Source: Hahellaceae bacterium
GTDB taxonomy: Bacteria; Pseudomonadota; Gammaproteobacteria; Pseudomonadales; Oleiphilaceae
DNA length: 64,000 nucleotides
NCBI GenBank assembly: GCA_024234505.1
Contig: JACKOD010000001.1
Coordinates: forward strand, 783,166-847,165
Direction: 5' to 3'
A program made the position numbers and the translations under genes. Positions 20,246 through 30,546 of the stretch are shown here, in pieces; position 1 is the stretch's first letter, and every line of letters begins with the position of its first letter. The notes beneath the pieces were generated by a model. The model searched no databases, was not told where the DNA came from, and saw only the letters and a list, made by a program, of their open reading frames with translations.

Positions 20246-20662
20246 ATGTCGAGTGATAAGCGTAAAGTGGCAAGGATACCTTGGTTAAAATTTTCGGCTG
20301 AGGTAAAAGTAAGGCGATCCTTTTTCCATTCAGAATGGATTGAGGTATTTCCGTCTGACTTTACGCGCTTCGGTATGGGAATGCAGACTGATGAAGTCTT
20401 TGGTGAAGGTGAAATAGTTTTATTGAATCTCTCACTGGAAATGGAGGCGGGCGCTACCAAACTGGAATCGGTACCGGCGATTGTGAGACACAAAGTAAAG
20501 CACCATAGTCGATTCAATTACGGCATTGAGTTTGACGAAACATCGCGCACTTATGTGAAAAATAATCTTGAAGAAGAACTCGAACGAATTGAACTGGTGT
20601 TAGAGCGTCACGCGAAATTACAGGAACGATTGCTGAAAGCTACGCCAGGCGATTCGATTTAA
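20246..20662 (+). CDS. PilZ-domain protein (putative c-di-GMP receptor)
   Basis: 138 aa. RxxxR-like (RKVAR) and DxTxxG-like (DFTRFG) motifs. Confidence 0.45.
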   Translation: MSSDKRKVARIPWLKFSAEVKVRRSFFHSEWIEVFPSDFTRFGMGMQTDEVFGEGEIVLLNLSLEMEAGATKLESVPAIVRHKVKHHSRFNYGIEFDETSRTYVKNNLEEELERIELVLERHAKLQERLLKATPGDSI

Positions 20663-20718
20663 ACGATATCACACATTTTTCGCTATTTTTTAGATGGCAT
20701 CTTTTCGGAACACTTCTG

Positions 20719-21180
20719 TTGCAAAACAAAAAAACACCTCAGCGTTTTATGACGCTATCTGTCTTGTGGCTTTCTTATCTTTTGTCAGGGTGCCAACCCA
20801 ATTCGCAAATTGATGTCAAATTTGATGCGTGCACATTAAGCCAACAGGGTTGCCGTTTTCATGTGTCGGATGACTCAGGGGCGAAGCCTGTTGTTATCTC
20901 GATAGACGCCGAAAAAATTGAGCCTTTAAAGCCCTTTACCATAACGATTAGTGATCCCTTGGACCGAATTGATCGTATCGAATCTCGCCTGACGGGCGTC
21001 GGGATGGAAATGGGATCGATGCCGATACGCTTTGAAACCAGAACGCCGCACCTCTGGCAAGGTAAAGCCGCCACCACGGTATGCAGTGTCGATCAGCATA
21101 TGCGATGGGGTGTGGAAATTAAAATGGTACTTAAAGGCAATGTTTCCGTGCAATCGCGGTGGCTTCTGGTGGATGAGTGA
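20719..21180 (+). CDS. Hypothetical lipoprotein (lipobox LLSGC), upstream of SCO1
   Basis: 153 aa. Signal peptide plus Cys lipobox. 27-nt gap to the SCO1 gene. Confidence 0.45.
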   Translation: MQNKKTPQRFMTLSVLWLSYLLSGCQPNSQIDVKFDACTLSQQGCRFHVSDDSGAKPVVISIDAEKIEPLKPFTITISDPLDRIDRIESRLTGVGMEMGSMPIRFETRTPHLWQGKAATTVCSVDQHMRWGVEIKMVLKGNVSVQSRWLLVDE

Positions 21181-21207
21181 CCAGGCTGAGAATTTTGGGG
21201 ATTTTTT

Positions 21208-21819
21208 ATGAACGCAAAAAATAAAGGGTTGTTGGCCCTGATAGTGGTTTCAATGCTGGGCGGGCTGTTGTCCGGCATTTATTTTAGAATGCACACTCAG
21301 ATCCCGACAGCAGAGAGCCCCAAGCAAAGCCCTGTTAATAAGGCGCAGTTTCTGCAAGGAGGAGATTTCGAACTAGAGGACAAAGACGGTGTAGTTCGTA
21401 TGGCGGATTTTGCCGGAAAGCCATTGATATTGTATTTCGGTTATACGTATTGTCCTGATGTATGCCCAACCGGACTGGCCGTATTGCGTGAGGTGATTGC
21501 TGCGTCTGATGATAAATTACAAGTCGCGTTTATTACGCTTGATCCGCAGCGGGATACCGCTCCCAGAATGGCAGAATATGCCGGTTTTTTTAGTCCACAA
21601 ATTCGTGGATTAACGGGAAGCCAATCCGCCATTGAAGATGTGCTAAAGCGCTATGGTGTGTATTCGCGCAAAGTGATCAGTCAGGGCCGGGAAGATGACT
21701 ATACGATGGATCATAGTGCCGGCTTTTTTTTGCTGGATAAGCGAGGTCGGTTAGTGACAGTATTACCGCATTTTTCTACCAAAGACGACATCCTTCACGA
21801 ACTGGACGTCATCAATTAA
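21208..21819 (+). CDS. SCO1/SenC family copper chaperone (thioredoxin fold)
   Basis: 203 aa. CxxxC motif YCPDVCP. Conserved His near C-terminus. N-terminal TM anchor. Confidence 0.8.
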   Translation: MNAKNKGLLALIVVSMLGGLLSGIYFRMHTQIPTAESPKQSPVNKAQFLQGGDFELEDKDGVVRMADFAGKPLILYFGYTYCPDVCPTGLAVLREVIAASDDKLQVAFITLDPQRDTAPRMAEYAGFFSPQIRGLTGSQSAIEDVLKRYGVYSRKVISQGREDDYTMDHSAGFFLLDKRGRLVTVLPHFSTKDDILHELDVIN

Positions 21820-21858
21820 CCTTGGTTTTTTTGCAAGAATTGCACCGGCACTACAGGA

Positions 21859-22653
21859 GTGTTTATGCCATCGATCAATTTACCCACCGGGATGGTTCAC
21901 TATCAGGAATACGGACAAGGGGCACCACTGGTGCTGCTGCATGCCAATCCGGGAGACAGTCGTGATTTTGATGCAGTTATCCCTGAACTATCCAAAAACT
22001 ATCGCGTGATGGCTCTTGATTGGCCAGGCTATGGTCAATCGGTGATGCCGATTAATCCAGAGCAGATAGATGTTCCGTTTTACTATCAGGTATTTCAGGC
22101 ATTTGTAGAACGATTGGAGTTATCGGGTGTCATCATTATAGGTAATTCCGTAGGGGGGCTTGTGGCGGCAAGATATGCCAGCGAGAATCCTGACAAGGTG
22201 CGAGCACTTGTGCTGGTCTCTCCCGGTGGTTTTACTCCACACAATGCTTTGACGCGGTTGTTTTGTAAAATTCAGGGGAGTGTGCTTTCTCTCTCGCCCT
22301 ATCGATTTGCCAGCCTCTATTTAAAGCATCGCACCGCTACCGCCAGACAAATGCTGCAACGAGCCTCAAGTGTTCATAAGAGTCCTGAGCGGTTAAAACT
22401 GAATCGTGCACTGTGGCGAAGTTTTGCGCGTCCTGAAAGCGATTTAAGAACGTTGGCCACAAACATTACCGCACCGGCTCTATTACTCTTCGGAAAGCAT
22501 GATCCGGCCATTCCTGCCGGCAAAGACGGGTTGGTTGCTGCTAATGTGATAAGTCATGCGTCTTTCATTGTTTTACCCTGTGGGCATGCCTCGTTTGCAG
22601 AAATGCCCGAACGTTTTTTGCAAGAAACAGAAGGATTTTTAGCAGGATGTTAG
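21859..22653 (+). CDS. Alpha/beta-fold hydrolase
   Basis: 264 aa. HGxP-like region (LLHANPGDSRDF) and nucleophile elbow GNSVGG. Confidence 0.6.
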   Translation: MFMPSINLPTGMVHYQEYGQGAPLVLLHANPGDSRDFDAVIPELSKNYRVMALDWPGYGQSVMPINPEQIDVPFYYQVFQAFVERLELSGVIIIGNSVGGLVAARYASENPDKVRALVLVSPGGFTPHNALTRLFCKIQGSVLSLSPYRFASLYLKHRTATARQMLQRASSVHKSPERLKLNRALWRSFARPESDLRTLATNITAPALLLFGKHDPAIPAGKDGLVAANVISHASFIVLPCGHASFAEMPERFLQETEGFLAGC

Positions 22654-22715
22654 CCTGTCTAGCGGGTACGCAATTGAAGTCCAGCGAAAGAAACTTATTA
22701 TTTAACGAATACTTG

Positions 22716-22742
22716 TTGACAAAAAATCTGGTTTGATTATAA
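22716..22742 (+). promoter_or_regulatory. Putative sigma70 promoter of cspA (TTGACA, 16-bp spacer, TATAAT) followed by a long cspA-type 5' UTR
   Basis: Consensus -35 and -10 hexamers read directly about 145 nt upstream of the cspA start. Confidence 0.5.
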
Positions 22743-22889
22743 TTTACCCAGCTTGAAAGTAAGCCTATATTTATGAACACCATTTCGAAGTTCTAGTTTT
22801 AGTTCTCGTCCTGTTTCCATAAGTCATAGAAAACACTTCCAGCCGAATCGCCTTTTTTGGCACAAATTTATTGAATACAGGAAATGACT

Positions 22890-23096
22890 ATGTCAACTAC
22901 TACTGGCACCGTAAAATGGTTTAACGAAGCTAAAGGTTTTGGTTTCATTCAGCAAGAGTCTGGCCCAGACGTTTTTGCACACTTCAGTGCAATCTCTGGC
23001 ACAGGTTTCAAAACTCTGGTTGAAGGCCAGCGTGTTTCTTTCACTGTAACTAAGGGCCAGAAAGGTCCTCAGGCAGAGAACATCGTAGCTCTCTAA
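22890..23096 (+). CDS. cspA: Cold-shock protein, CspA family
   Basis: [20 protein letters not shown]... with RNP1/RNP2 motifs. 68 aa. Confidence 0.9.
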   Translation: MSTTTGTVKWFNEAKGFGFIQQESGPDVFAHFSAISGTGFKTLVEGQRVSFTVTKGQKGPQAENIVAL

Positions 23097-23148
23097 TTAT
23101 TAGAGGCAGTCGGCGCTGAAATTTATTTCAGCCCGAAGCGATAATAAA

Positions 23149-23181
23149 AAGGCAAGGTTTTATAACCTTGCCTTTTTTTAT
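23149..23181 (+). terminator. Rho-independent terminator downstream of cspA
   Basis: Stem AAGGCAAGGTT/AACCTTGCCTT followed by a T7 run. A smaller hairpin GCTGAAAT/ATTTCAGC lies just upstream, at about 23115-23135. Confidence 0.7.
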
Positions 23182-23278
23182 GCGTGTTTTATGACCTGTG
23201 CCATCTTCGCTGGCATAATGCCCACACCTTATGTTGTGGGCATTTTTTTGTCTGCGAAAAGCCAAATGGAGTCAATCA

Positions 23279-23905
23279 ATGAGCGTGCAAGACCCGGATC
23301 AGAAACATAAAAAAAAGATGCAAAAGCAGAAAGAGAAAGTTGATGCTCATATAGCGGCAGCGGATGTAGAACGGGGGGTTGTCATTCTCTTAACGGGAAA
23401 CGGAAAAGGTAAAAGCAGTTCCGGCTTTGGTATGGTTTTGCGTGCGCTTGGCTACGATCAGAAGGTTGGTGTAGTACAGTTTATCAAAGGTGTTCAGCTC
23501 TCTGGAGAAGAAATTTTTCTAAAGGAAAAAGCAACACTGCTGCCAAATTTTGAAGCATCGGATTTTTATCAGATGGGGACGGGTTTTACCTGGGATACAC
23601 AAGACCGGAGTGGCGACATAAAAGCGGCAGAGGAAACTTGGGCGGTGGCTGAGCGTATGTTAAGTGATCCCCGCTACCATTTGGTGTTGCTGGATGAACT
23701 CACCTATATGCTGGCCTACAAATATCTGGACGAGCAACGGGTATTGGATGCCATCAAAAATCGCCCTCCCGAACAAAGCGTGATTGTGACGGGACGCGGC
23801 GGCGGCAGTGCAATACAGGAATTATCTGACACCGTATCGGAAGTCAAAAATGTAAAACATGCCTATGACCATCATATCAAGGCACGTAAAGGAGTTGATT
23901 ACTAA
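23279..23905 (+). CDS. cobO: Cob(I)yrinic acid a,c-diamide adenosyltransferase (CobO/BtuR type)
   Basis: P-loop GNGKGKSSSGFGMVLRALG. Conserved FIKG motif. Start refined to internal ATG (MSVQDPD). Confidence 0.75.
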   Translation: MSVQDPDQKHKKKMQKQKEKVDAHIAAADVERGVVILLTGNGKGKSSSGFGMVLRALGYDQKVGVVQFIKGVQLSGEEIFLKEKATLLPNFEASDFYQMGTGFTWDTQDRSGDIKAAEETWAVAERMLSDPRYHLVLLDELTYMLAYKYLDEQRVLDAIKNRPPEQSVIVTGRGGGSAIQELSDTVSEVKNVKHAYDHHIKARKGVDY

Positions 23906-23962
23906 GGTTGGGGTACGGTGGTGGATTCTTCGCTTTCGACGGAATCCACCACACAGTGATGG

Positions 23963-25333
23963 CTAACGCGGTTTTTTGGGATTATTGCCCGCCGGTTTAC
24001 GGCTTCCCGGTTTTGCTGGATTGGTGCGTGACGGCGGTCTTTTACCTGCGTAAGGCTTCTTCGCTGACGGGGTGTGATCATGAACTTTATGACCCGCGGC
24101 AACTTCGCCGGAACGTTGCCCATCCCGATGCCCGGGCTTGGGTTTCTTGGGCTTTTTAGGACTTATCGGCCGATTAGGGAGTCGCGAGGGCGGTACGTCA
24201 TGAATGGGCTCAAACCCGTCGATCACTTTGCGAGTTAAAAGCTGATTGATGACTCGCTCAATATCAAATAGCTGTTTGGCTTCGTCGGCACTGACCAGCG
24301 AAACGGCCTGCCCATTGGCACCGGCACGACCGGTACGGCCGATACGGTGAACATAGTCCTCCGGAACATTCGGCAAGTCGAAATTAACCACTTGAGGCAG
24401 TTGGTTAATATCCAGCCCGCGCGCGGCAATGTCGGTGGCCACCAGCATTTTAACCGTGCCATTTTTGAACTCTTCGAGTGCTTTGGTACGTGAACCCTGG
24501 CTTTTGTTGCCATGAATTGCGGCGGCATTGATGCCACTGATTTCCATAAAGCGTGCCAGTTTGTCGGCACCCCGTTTGGTTTTGGTGAATACCAGTACCT
24601 GCTCCCATTTACCTTGTTTGACCAGTTGTAAAAGCAAATCAGGCTTTTTCTTTTTGTCGACCGGACTGATCCACTGGCTTACGGTGGTCGCTGTTTTATT
24701 GCGAGGGCTGACAGAGATTTCGACCGGGTTAGTCAGAATGCCTTTGGCCAACTGTCTGATTTCATCCGAAAACGTCGCTGAAAACAGCAGGTTCTGACGA
24801 TTTTTGGGTAACAGAGCCAGAATCCGGCGAATATCATGGATAAAACCCATGTCCAGCATTCGATCGGCCTCGTCGAGGACGAGTATTTCCAGCTGGTTAA
24901 ACTTAACCGCGTTCTGTTTATATAAATCCAGCAATCGACCGGGGGTGGCGACTAAAACATCAACACCTTTGCGAAGCTTCATCATTTGTGGGTTGATCTT
25001 TACGCCCCCGAAAACGACCGCAGAACGAAGCGGTAATCGCTGGCTATATTTGGAAACACTTTCAGCCACCTGGGCAGCCAGTTCTCTCGTAGGCGTAAGT
25101 ACCAGTGCTCGAACCTGATTGGGCTGGACTCGCTCGCCGCTTGATAAGCGTTCTAACAGGGGGAGCGTGAAGGCCGCAGTTTTTCCTGTGCCGGTTTGTG
25201 CGGCTGCCATGATGTCTTTGCCGGTAATGACCGCAGGAATGGCTTTCAACTGAATTGGGGATGGTTCTTTGTAGCCTTGTTCTGCTACGGCATCAACGAT
25301 TGGGGCGGACAGCCCCAGGGTGGCAAAACTCAT
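23963..25333 (-). CDS. rhlE: DEAD-box ATP-dependent RNA helicase (RhlE-like) with basic C-terminal tail
   Basis: Q-motif, GTGKT Walker A, DEAD, SAT and HRIGRTGR motifs. Lys/Pro-rich C-terminal extension. Confidence 0.85.
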   Translation of the reverse strand: MSFATLGLSAPIVDAVAEQGYKEPSPIQLKAIPAVITGKDIMAAAQTGTGKTAAFTLPLLERLSSGERVQPNQVRALVLTPTRELAAQVAESVSKYSQRLPLRSAVVFGGVKINPQMMKLRKGVDVLVATPGRLLDLYKQNAVKFNQLEILVLDEADRMLDMGFIHDIRRILALLPKNRQNLLFSATFSDEIRQLAKGILTNPVEISVSPRNKTATTVSQWISPVDKKKKPDLLLQLVKQGKWEQVLVFTKTKRGADKLARFMEISGINAAAIHGNKSQGSRTKALEEFKNGTVKMLVATDIAARGLDINQLPQVVNFDLPNVPEDYVHRIGRTGRAGANGQAVSLVSADEAKQLFDIERVINQLLTRKVIDGFEPIHDVPPSRLPNRPISPKKPKKPKPGHRDGQRSGEVAAGHKVHDHTPSAKKPYAGKRPPSRTNPAKPGSRKPAGNNPKKPR

Positions 25334-25531
25334 GAACAGCTCTCGAATGACTTGATTAAATTTCCACCTATCAGGCGGTCGTGCAGCTTACAGCAAGTTT
25401 AATGCCTAAGCTAATACTGATTGTAAATTCAGAAGGTATTTTCGTCAGATCAGCGACATTTTTAGTGTGGGCTGGAAAATCACAGGCAAGCAGCCTAAGT
25501 TAACCTTGTAAAAATCAAACAGGAGCAGGTT

Positions 25532-27154
25532 ATGCATGGCCTAATGATGGGTTGCCCGTTGAATATTTCGGGAATTTTGAAGCATGCGGAGAGAAATCAC
25601 CCCAATGGCAAAATAGTAAGCCGTGAAGTGACCGGCGGCGTCTTTGAATACACTTATCGCGATGCGTCTATAAGAGCGCGTAAACTGGCGAATGCATTAC
25701 GTAATTTGGGCGTGGTTCAACAAGACAGGGTTGCCACGCTTGCCTGGAATACGCATCGTCACTTTGAACTCTATTTTGGCGTGTCAGGTAGTGGTTCAAT
25801 TTTACATACGATCAATCCGCGGTTATTTCCTGAACAGATCAGCTACATAATTAATCATGCTGAAGATCAGGTTTTGTTTGTCGACCTGACCTTTATACCC
25901 TTACTCGAATCCGTTTATTCCTCGTTGAACTATTTAAAGCATGTGGTGGTATTAACCAGCGAGGAGCATATGCCGACCACATCCGAACTGCCTTTACTCT
26001 GTTATGAGACCTTACTCAACGAGGCGTCTAGCAATTTTGAATGGCCTGACCTAGACGAAAACAGTGCAGCGTCACTTTGCTATACCTCTGGTACGACAGG
26101 TCACCCAAAAGGGGTTCTCTATAGCCACCGTTCGACCGTATTGCATGCCTGGGCGTGTTCGTCCCGCGATGCATTGGGTATTGCCAACGATACGACCGTA
26201 CTCCCCGTGGTTCCCATGTTTCATGTGAATGCCTGGGGTGTACCTTATTCTGCCACGATGAGTGGTGGAACATTGGTGTTGCCCGGGGCAGGGATGGACG
26301 GAAATTCATTGTATGAACTAATCGATGGCTATCAGGTCAATCTGTTGCTAGGTGTTCCCACGGTTTGGTTAGCGCTGCTTCAGCACTGTCAGAAAAATGA
26401 GTTAACTTTGTCTTCTGTCGAGAACGTAGTGATTGGTGGTTCTGCGGCACCGATATCCATGATTCAGGAATTTAAAGAGAAACATAATGCATTCGTTATG
26501 CATGCGTGGGGGATGACGGAGCTATCGCCCGTGGGAACGGTCAACAGCATGAATCGTTATATGGCCAGTCTGGATCAACATGCCCAATATCAACTGCAGG
26601 CAAAACAAGGGCGGTCGGTCTTTGGTATAGAAATGAAAATTATTGATTCCGAAGGGAATGTGCTGTCCCATGACGGGCAGGCGTTTGGTCGCTTGTTAGT
26701 GCGCGGCCCTTGGGTGGCCACCTCCTATTATAAGCACGAAGACAGAAGCGCATGGATTGATGGATGGTTTGATACGGGAGATGTGGCCACGATTGACGAG
26801 CACGGCTATATGTCGATTGTTGATCGCGCCAAGGACGTTATCAAATCCGGCGGTGAGTGGATCAGTTCGATAGATTTGGAAAACGCGGCGATGGGTCATC
26901 CAGCCATACTGGAGTGTGCCGTTATTGGCGTGCCGCACCCCAAATGGGACGAACGTCCTTTGCTGTTGGTGGTTCCAAAAGAGGGAGCCAATCCAACCCA
27001 GGACGAGGTGCTCAATTTTCTCTCTGGAAAAGTAGCGAAATGGTGGCTTCCTGACAGTGTCGTTTTTGTCGATCAATTACCTCATACCGCGACGGGTAAA
27101 CTTCTGAAAATGAAATTAAGGGAAACTTATCGTCAGGCGTTGATGTCTGATTAA
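25532..27154 (+). CDS. AMP-dependent synthetase/ligase (fatty-acyl-CoA ligase family)
   Basis: 540 aa. AMP-binding motif YTSGTTGHPKGV. C-terminal GxxxD/K motifs. Confidence 0.75.
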   Translation: MHGLMMGCPLNISGILKHAERNHPNGKIVSREVTGGVFEYTYRDASIRARKLANALRNLGVVQQDRVATLAWNTHRHFELYFGVSGSGSILHTINPRLFPEQISYIINHAEDQVLFVDLTFIPLLESVYSSLNYLKHVVVLTSEEHMPTTSELPLLCYETLLNEASSNFEWPDLDENSAASLCYTSGTTGHPKGVLYSHRSTVLHAWACSSRDALGIANDTTVLPVVPMFHVNAWGVPYSATMSGGTLVLPGAGMDGNSLYELIDGYQVNLLLGVPTVWLALLQHCQKNELTLSSVENVVIGGSAAPISMIQEFKEKHNAFVMHAWGMTELSPVGTVNSMNRYMASLDQHAQYQLQAKQGRSVFGIEMKIIDSEGNVLSHDGQAFGRLLVRGPWVATSYYKHEDRSAWIDGWFDTGDVATIDEHGYMSIVDRAKDVIKSGGEWISSIDLENAAMGHPAILECAVIGVPHPKWDERPLLLVVPKEGANPTQDEVLNFLSGKVAKWWLPDSVVFVDQLPHTATGKLLKMKLRETYRQALMSD

Positions 27155-27222
27155 ATAACAACGTAAAAAGATAAACAGTACCTATGAATTGCAGTATGGT
27201 TGTGCGACTCTTTTCATCAAAG

Positions 27223-27259
27223 CTAATTTGTCAGTGGGTCGCAGGATCGACTGACAAAT
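27223..27259. promoter_or_regulatory. Perfect 11-bp inverted repeat (AATTTGTCAGT-N14-ACTGACAAATT), candidate operator upstream of the 27289 hydrolase
   Basis: Read directly. No T-tract follows, so it is not a typical terminator. Confidence 0.3.
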
Positions 27260-27288
27260 TGAGATCCGGCTGATATCAGGATAACCCA

Positions 27289-28185
27289 ATGTTGTGGCGC
27301 AAAGGCAAATGTTTAGCAAACGGTGTAGAAATCGCTTGGGAAGAGAGCGGCAGCGAAACCGGTGAACCCATAGTGTTAGTGATGGGGCTGGGTTTGCAGT
27401 TGATACACTGGCCTGAAGATCTTTGTCAGCAACTTGTGGAACGTGGTTTCAGGGTAATTCGTTTTGATAATCGGGATGTGGGGTTGTCTGGTGCGGCCGA
27501 CAACGGGATTGAAGTGAATATGCCCCGAGATTGGTTGCGCTCCCGAATTGGACTGCCAATTAAAGCAAATTACAGGCTCCATGATATGGCGGCCGATACG
27601 GTCGGATTGTTGGATGCATTGGGTATCGGTAAAGCGCATTTGGCTGGTATATCCATGGGGGGGATGATCGCACAGATCGCCAGCGGCCTGTATCCGCAGA
27701 GGGTTCAAAGCCTCACCTCGATTATGTCCACCACTAATGAGCGAAGATTACCTGGACCGAAGCTGAACGTACTGATGCATATGTCAAAAACCGGCGCCAA
27801 TCCTACTCGTGAGTCGGTGATTGAACGCAGTATTAAGTTTTTCAATATGGTGGGGAGTCCGGCTTATCCGTCACCGGATCAGCGTCGCGCCGATATGGCC
27901 GGTGCCGCATTTGACCGGGCCTATCGCCCGGAAGGCGTGCTGCGCCAGATGCATGGTATTCTCGCCACGGGTGGCTTTTCGGATATTTCCGCCAGCATCA
28001 AAGCGCCCACGCTGATTATTCATGGCAAGGAAGATCCCTTGGTCAGACCCGAAGCGGGCAGGCGCTGCGCCAAAGTTATTCCCAATGCCCGGCTACAACT
28101 CTACAAGGGAATGGGCCATGATTTTCCAGCCCCGCTGTTTCCCGAGTGGGCGGAATTGATAGCGCAGAATGCGGCAAGGACTTAA
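27289..28185 (+). CDS. Alpha/beta-fold hydrolase
   Basis: 298 aa. Nucleophile elbow GISMGG. C-terminal HGKEDP and GMGHDFP motifs. Confidence 0.65.
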   Translation: MLWRKGKCLANGVEIAWEESGSETGEPIVLVMGLGLQLIHWPEDLCQQLVERGFRVIRFDNRDVGLSGAADNGIEVNMPRDWLRSRIGLPIKANYRLHDMAADTVGLLDALGIGKAHLAGISMGGMIAQIASGLYPQRVQSLTSIMSTTNERRLPGPKLNVLMHMSKTGANPTRESVIERSIKFFNMVGSPAYPSPDQRRADMAGAAFDRAYRPEGVLRQMHGILATGGFSDISASIKAPTLIIHGKEDPLVRPEAGRRCAKVIPNARLQLYKGMGHDFPAPLFPEWAELIAQNAART

Positions 28186-28850
28186 GGGTTTGATGAGTGC
28201 GACTGAACAAAATCTTTGGAAAGTGAAGCACTTGGCAATGACTTTTGATGTAAATTAATACCAAACTTTTCCCGCCGTAGCCAAAGCAAATACAGGGTAA
28301 AACAGGTGTAGCCTGCCGGACTGACCCAACCGCTTTTGAGTGACCACCAGTAATGCAGGCAGCCAAGCAGAGCCACAAGGTAAATGTAGTTGTGGAGTTT
28401 TTTCCAATTCCGGCCCATTTTCCGCATCAACTTAGGGATGGATGTTACTGCCAGCGCCAAAAGCAGCAGCAGTGCGCTGAATCCGACCAGAATATAGGTA
28501 CGCTTAACCAGTTCCTCGCCGATTAGCGACCATTCAAAAGTTAAATCCAAAGCCAGCCAAACGTAAAAGTGCAAGGCAGCCCACGCAAAACACCATAAAC
28601 CCAACGGTCGTCTCAGCTTCAATAACTGGCCGAATTTAAGCATTTTGGCTAATGGTGAGATGCACAGTGTCAGCAGAAGCAGCCTCAACGTTCCTATACC
28701 GAGAAAGTGAATCAGCTCCTTTACCGGGTCGCCACCGAAAACGCCCTTAGGTATGGCCCAGAACAGCCACAGCAAAGGAAGCACGGCACAAATGTGTACC
28801 AGTATTCGCAGGGTGAGGGCGGTTTTAGCGCCGGGTCTAAAAGTCATCAT
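28182..28850 (-). CDS. msrQ: Protein-methionine-sulfoxide reductase heme-binding subunit MsrQ (YedZ)
   Basis: 222 aa, 6 TM helices, conserved His residues. Coupled to msrP. Confidence 0.8.
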   Translation of the reverse strand: MMTFRPGAKTALTLRILVHICAVLPLLWLFWAIPKGVFGGDPVKELIHFLGIGTLRLLLLTLCISPLAKMLKFGQLLKLRRPLGLWCFAWAALHFYVWLALDLTFEWSLIGEELVKRTYILVGFSALLLLLALAVTSIPKLMRKMGRNWKKLHNYIYLVALLGCLHYWWSLKSGWVSPAGYTCFTLYLLWLRREKFGINLHQKSLPSASLSKDFVQSHSSNP

Positions 28851-28856
28851 GAATAC

Positions 28857-29885
28857 TCAATAAAATTTTCTTAAATCCATGCCCGCATAAAGACTGGCGA
28901 CCGCCTCTTCGTAACCGTTGAACATTAATGTTTTCTGGCGGGTACTGGAGAAAGGCCCGCCGGGGCCAATAAAGCGCTCAGAAGCTTGTGACCAGCGTGG
29001 GTGATCCACGTTCGGATTTACGTTAGCGTAAAAACCATATTCATTGGGTGCCAGCAAATTCCAGGTGGTAGGCGGTTGGGTTTCCATCAAACGGATTTTG
29101 ACAATGGACTTAATGCCTTTAAATCCATACTTCCAGGGCACCACTAAACGCACAGGGGCACCATTCTGCGGTGGCAGTGTTTTCCCGTAGAGCCCTACCG
29201 ACAAGAGGGTGAGCGGATGCATGGCTTCGTCGATGCGTAATCCTTCGACGTACGGATATTGAATGCCACCCCCGATACGGCGTGATTTTTGTCCCGGCAT
29301 TTGTTCGGGGTCGTACAAGGTTTCAAACGCCACATATTTGGCGCGGCTGGTGGGCTTGAATTTTTTCAGGATGCTCCCGAGCTCGACCCCCAGCCAGGGA
29401 ATCACCATCGACCAGGCTTCAACGCAACGCATGCGATAGATGCGTTCTTCAAGGGCCGAAGTATGGATCATTTCCCAGAGGTCAATCGTTCCAGGCTGTT
29501 CGACTTCACCCTCTACCGTGAGAGTCCAGGGTTGCGTTTTCAGGTGCTGACTATTCGCTGCGGGATCCGTTTTGTCCGTGCCGAACTCATAGTAATTGTT
29601 GTGACTAGTGACTTTATTTTCGGGGGTCAGTATCAGTCCATGGGTCTGATTGTCCTTGGTGTAGGGCAATGGAGAGCGTGGCGCCTCAGACGCGGGTTTG
29701 TCTCCCCCCAGCAAATCGTCGAAAACTCCGCCTCGGGCGTTCAGCGCGACACCGGAAGCAGCAACGATGCCGAGCGCCTTTAACACCGAGCGACGACTCA
29801 GGTAAATGGACTCGGGCGTAACCTCGTTTTCAGAAATGGCACCTATCTGTGGGCGTTTGATCAACATGTGAATTCCACCTTGCAT
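28857..29885 (-). CDS. msrP: Protein-methionine-sulfoxide reductase catalytic subunit MsrP (YedY), molybdopterin oxidoreductase
   Basis: Tat motif SRRSVLKAL. Sulfite-oxidase-fold similarity. Real start may be the internal MLIKRP ATG at about 29870. Confidence 0.8.
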   Translation of the reverse strand: MQGGIHMLIKRPQIGAISENEVTPESIYLSRRSVLKALGIVAASGVALNARGGVFDDLLGGDKPASEAPRSPLPYTKDNQTHGLILTPENKVTSHNNYYEFGTDKTDPAANSQHLKTQPWTLTVEGEVEQPGTIDLWEMIHTSALEERIYRMRCVEAWSMVIPWLGVELGSILKKFKPTSRAKYVAFETLYDPEQMPGQKSRRIGGGIQYPYVEGLRIDEAMHPLTLLSVGLYGKTLPPQNGAPVRLVVPWKYGFKGIKSIVKIRLMETQPPTTWNLLAPNEYGFYANVNPNVDHPRWSQASERFIGPGGPFSSTRQKTLMFNGYEEAVASLYAGMDLRKFY

Positions 29886-29955
29886 TGCATGGGTAAGCTG
29901 TTATTGAACAGTCTAGGCCGTAAGGCGAGGTGAAATCATCACAACTTCATAACAT

Positions 29956-30546
29956 TTATATAAGAATGCTGCGGACCTCCATTAACGCAAAGCCCAATAA
30001 ATTCAATCCTGGCCAGTGTTCGGGTTCGCAAGCTTCCTTTGCGTAACAGGCAAGACCTATTCCCCAAACGGAGTCCACCGGACTCGCTTCGACCAGCACG
30101 CGCTGACCTGTCGACAGAATAAAAGTTTTAAGTGACTGATTTTGTGAAAATTTGGCGAGATTACCTGTCACGACAATATCGAAGCGATGTTGCTGCCACC
30201 GAGCTTCGTCGAAGCCCGCAATTTCACGTCCCAGCTTTTTCGCTTCACCTGGATGACCCGCTCGCAATATCTTTTCGGCGATGTCGTGATCACCAAACAG
30301 CCTTGCCTTTGCCGCCATCATGTAGTGTTCGGCGGTCGGGTAATAGATATCTTCTATAGTAAAACCCGCATCGAACCATTGGCTAAAGCAGCTTTTGTCG
30401 ATTGCTCCTGGTTTGTGCGGTTGATGTCCCCAGAAAAACAGGTACTTGGCCGAAAAGCCCTTTTGTATGGCAGTCACTAAGGACTGTGTGCTTTTAAAGG
30501 TAGCGCTTGTCATTTTCCCTTCCTTCTGTAAATCCTTCTTTAACAA
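29956..30546 (-). CDS. NADAR-family protein (YbiA-like, DUF1768; predicted N-glycosidase acting on ADP-ribose-derived substrates)
   Basis: 196 aa. YbiA-like conserved residues (FFWGHQ, TAEHYMMAAKARLFGD, WQQHRFDIVVTGNLAKF). Start overlaps the upstream stop by 7 nt. Confidence 0.65.
   Translation of the reverse strand: MLKKDLQKEGKMTSATFKSTQSLVTAIQKGFSAKYLFFWGHQPHKPGAIDKSCFSQWFDAGFTIEDIYYPTAEHYMMAAKARLFGDHDIAEKILRAGHPGEAKKLGREIAGFDEARWQQHRFDIVVTGNLAKFSQNQSLKTFILSTGQRVLVEASPVDSVWGIGLACYAKEACEPEHWPGLNLLGFALMEVRSILI

Noticed and set aside
27223-27259. Inverted repeat after the acyl-CoA ligase gene considered as a terminator
   Set aside because: No downstream U-tract. It is more likely a protein-binding palindrome, and is listed as regulatory with low confidence.
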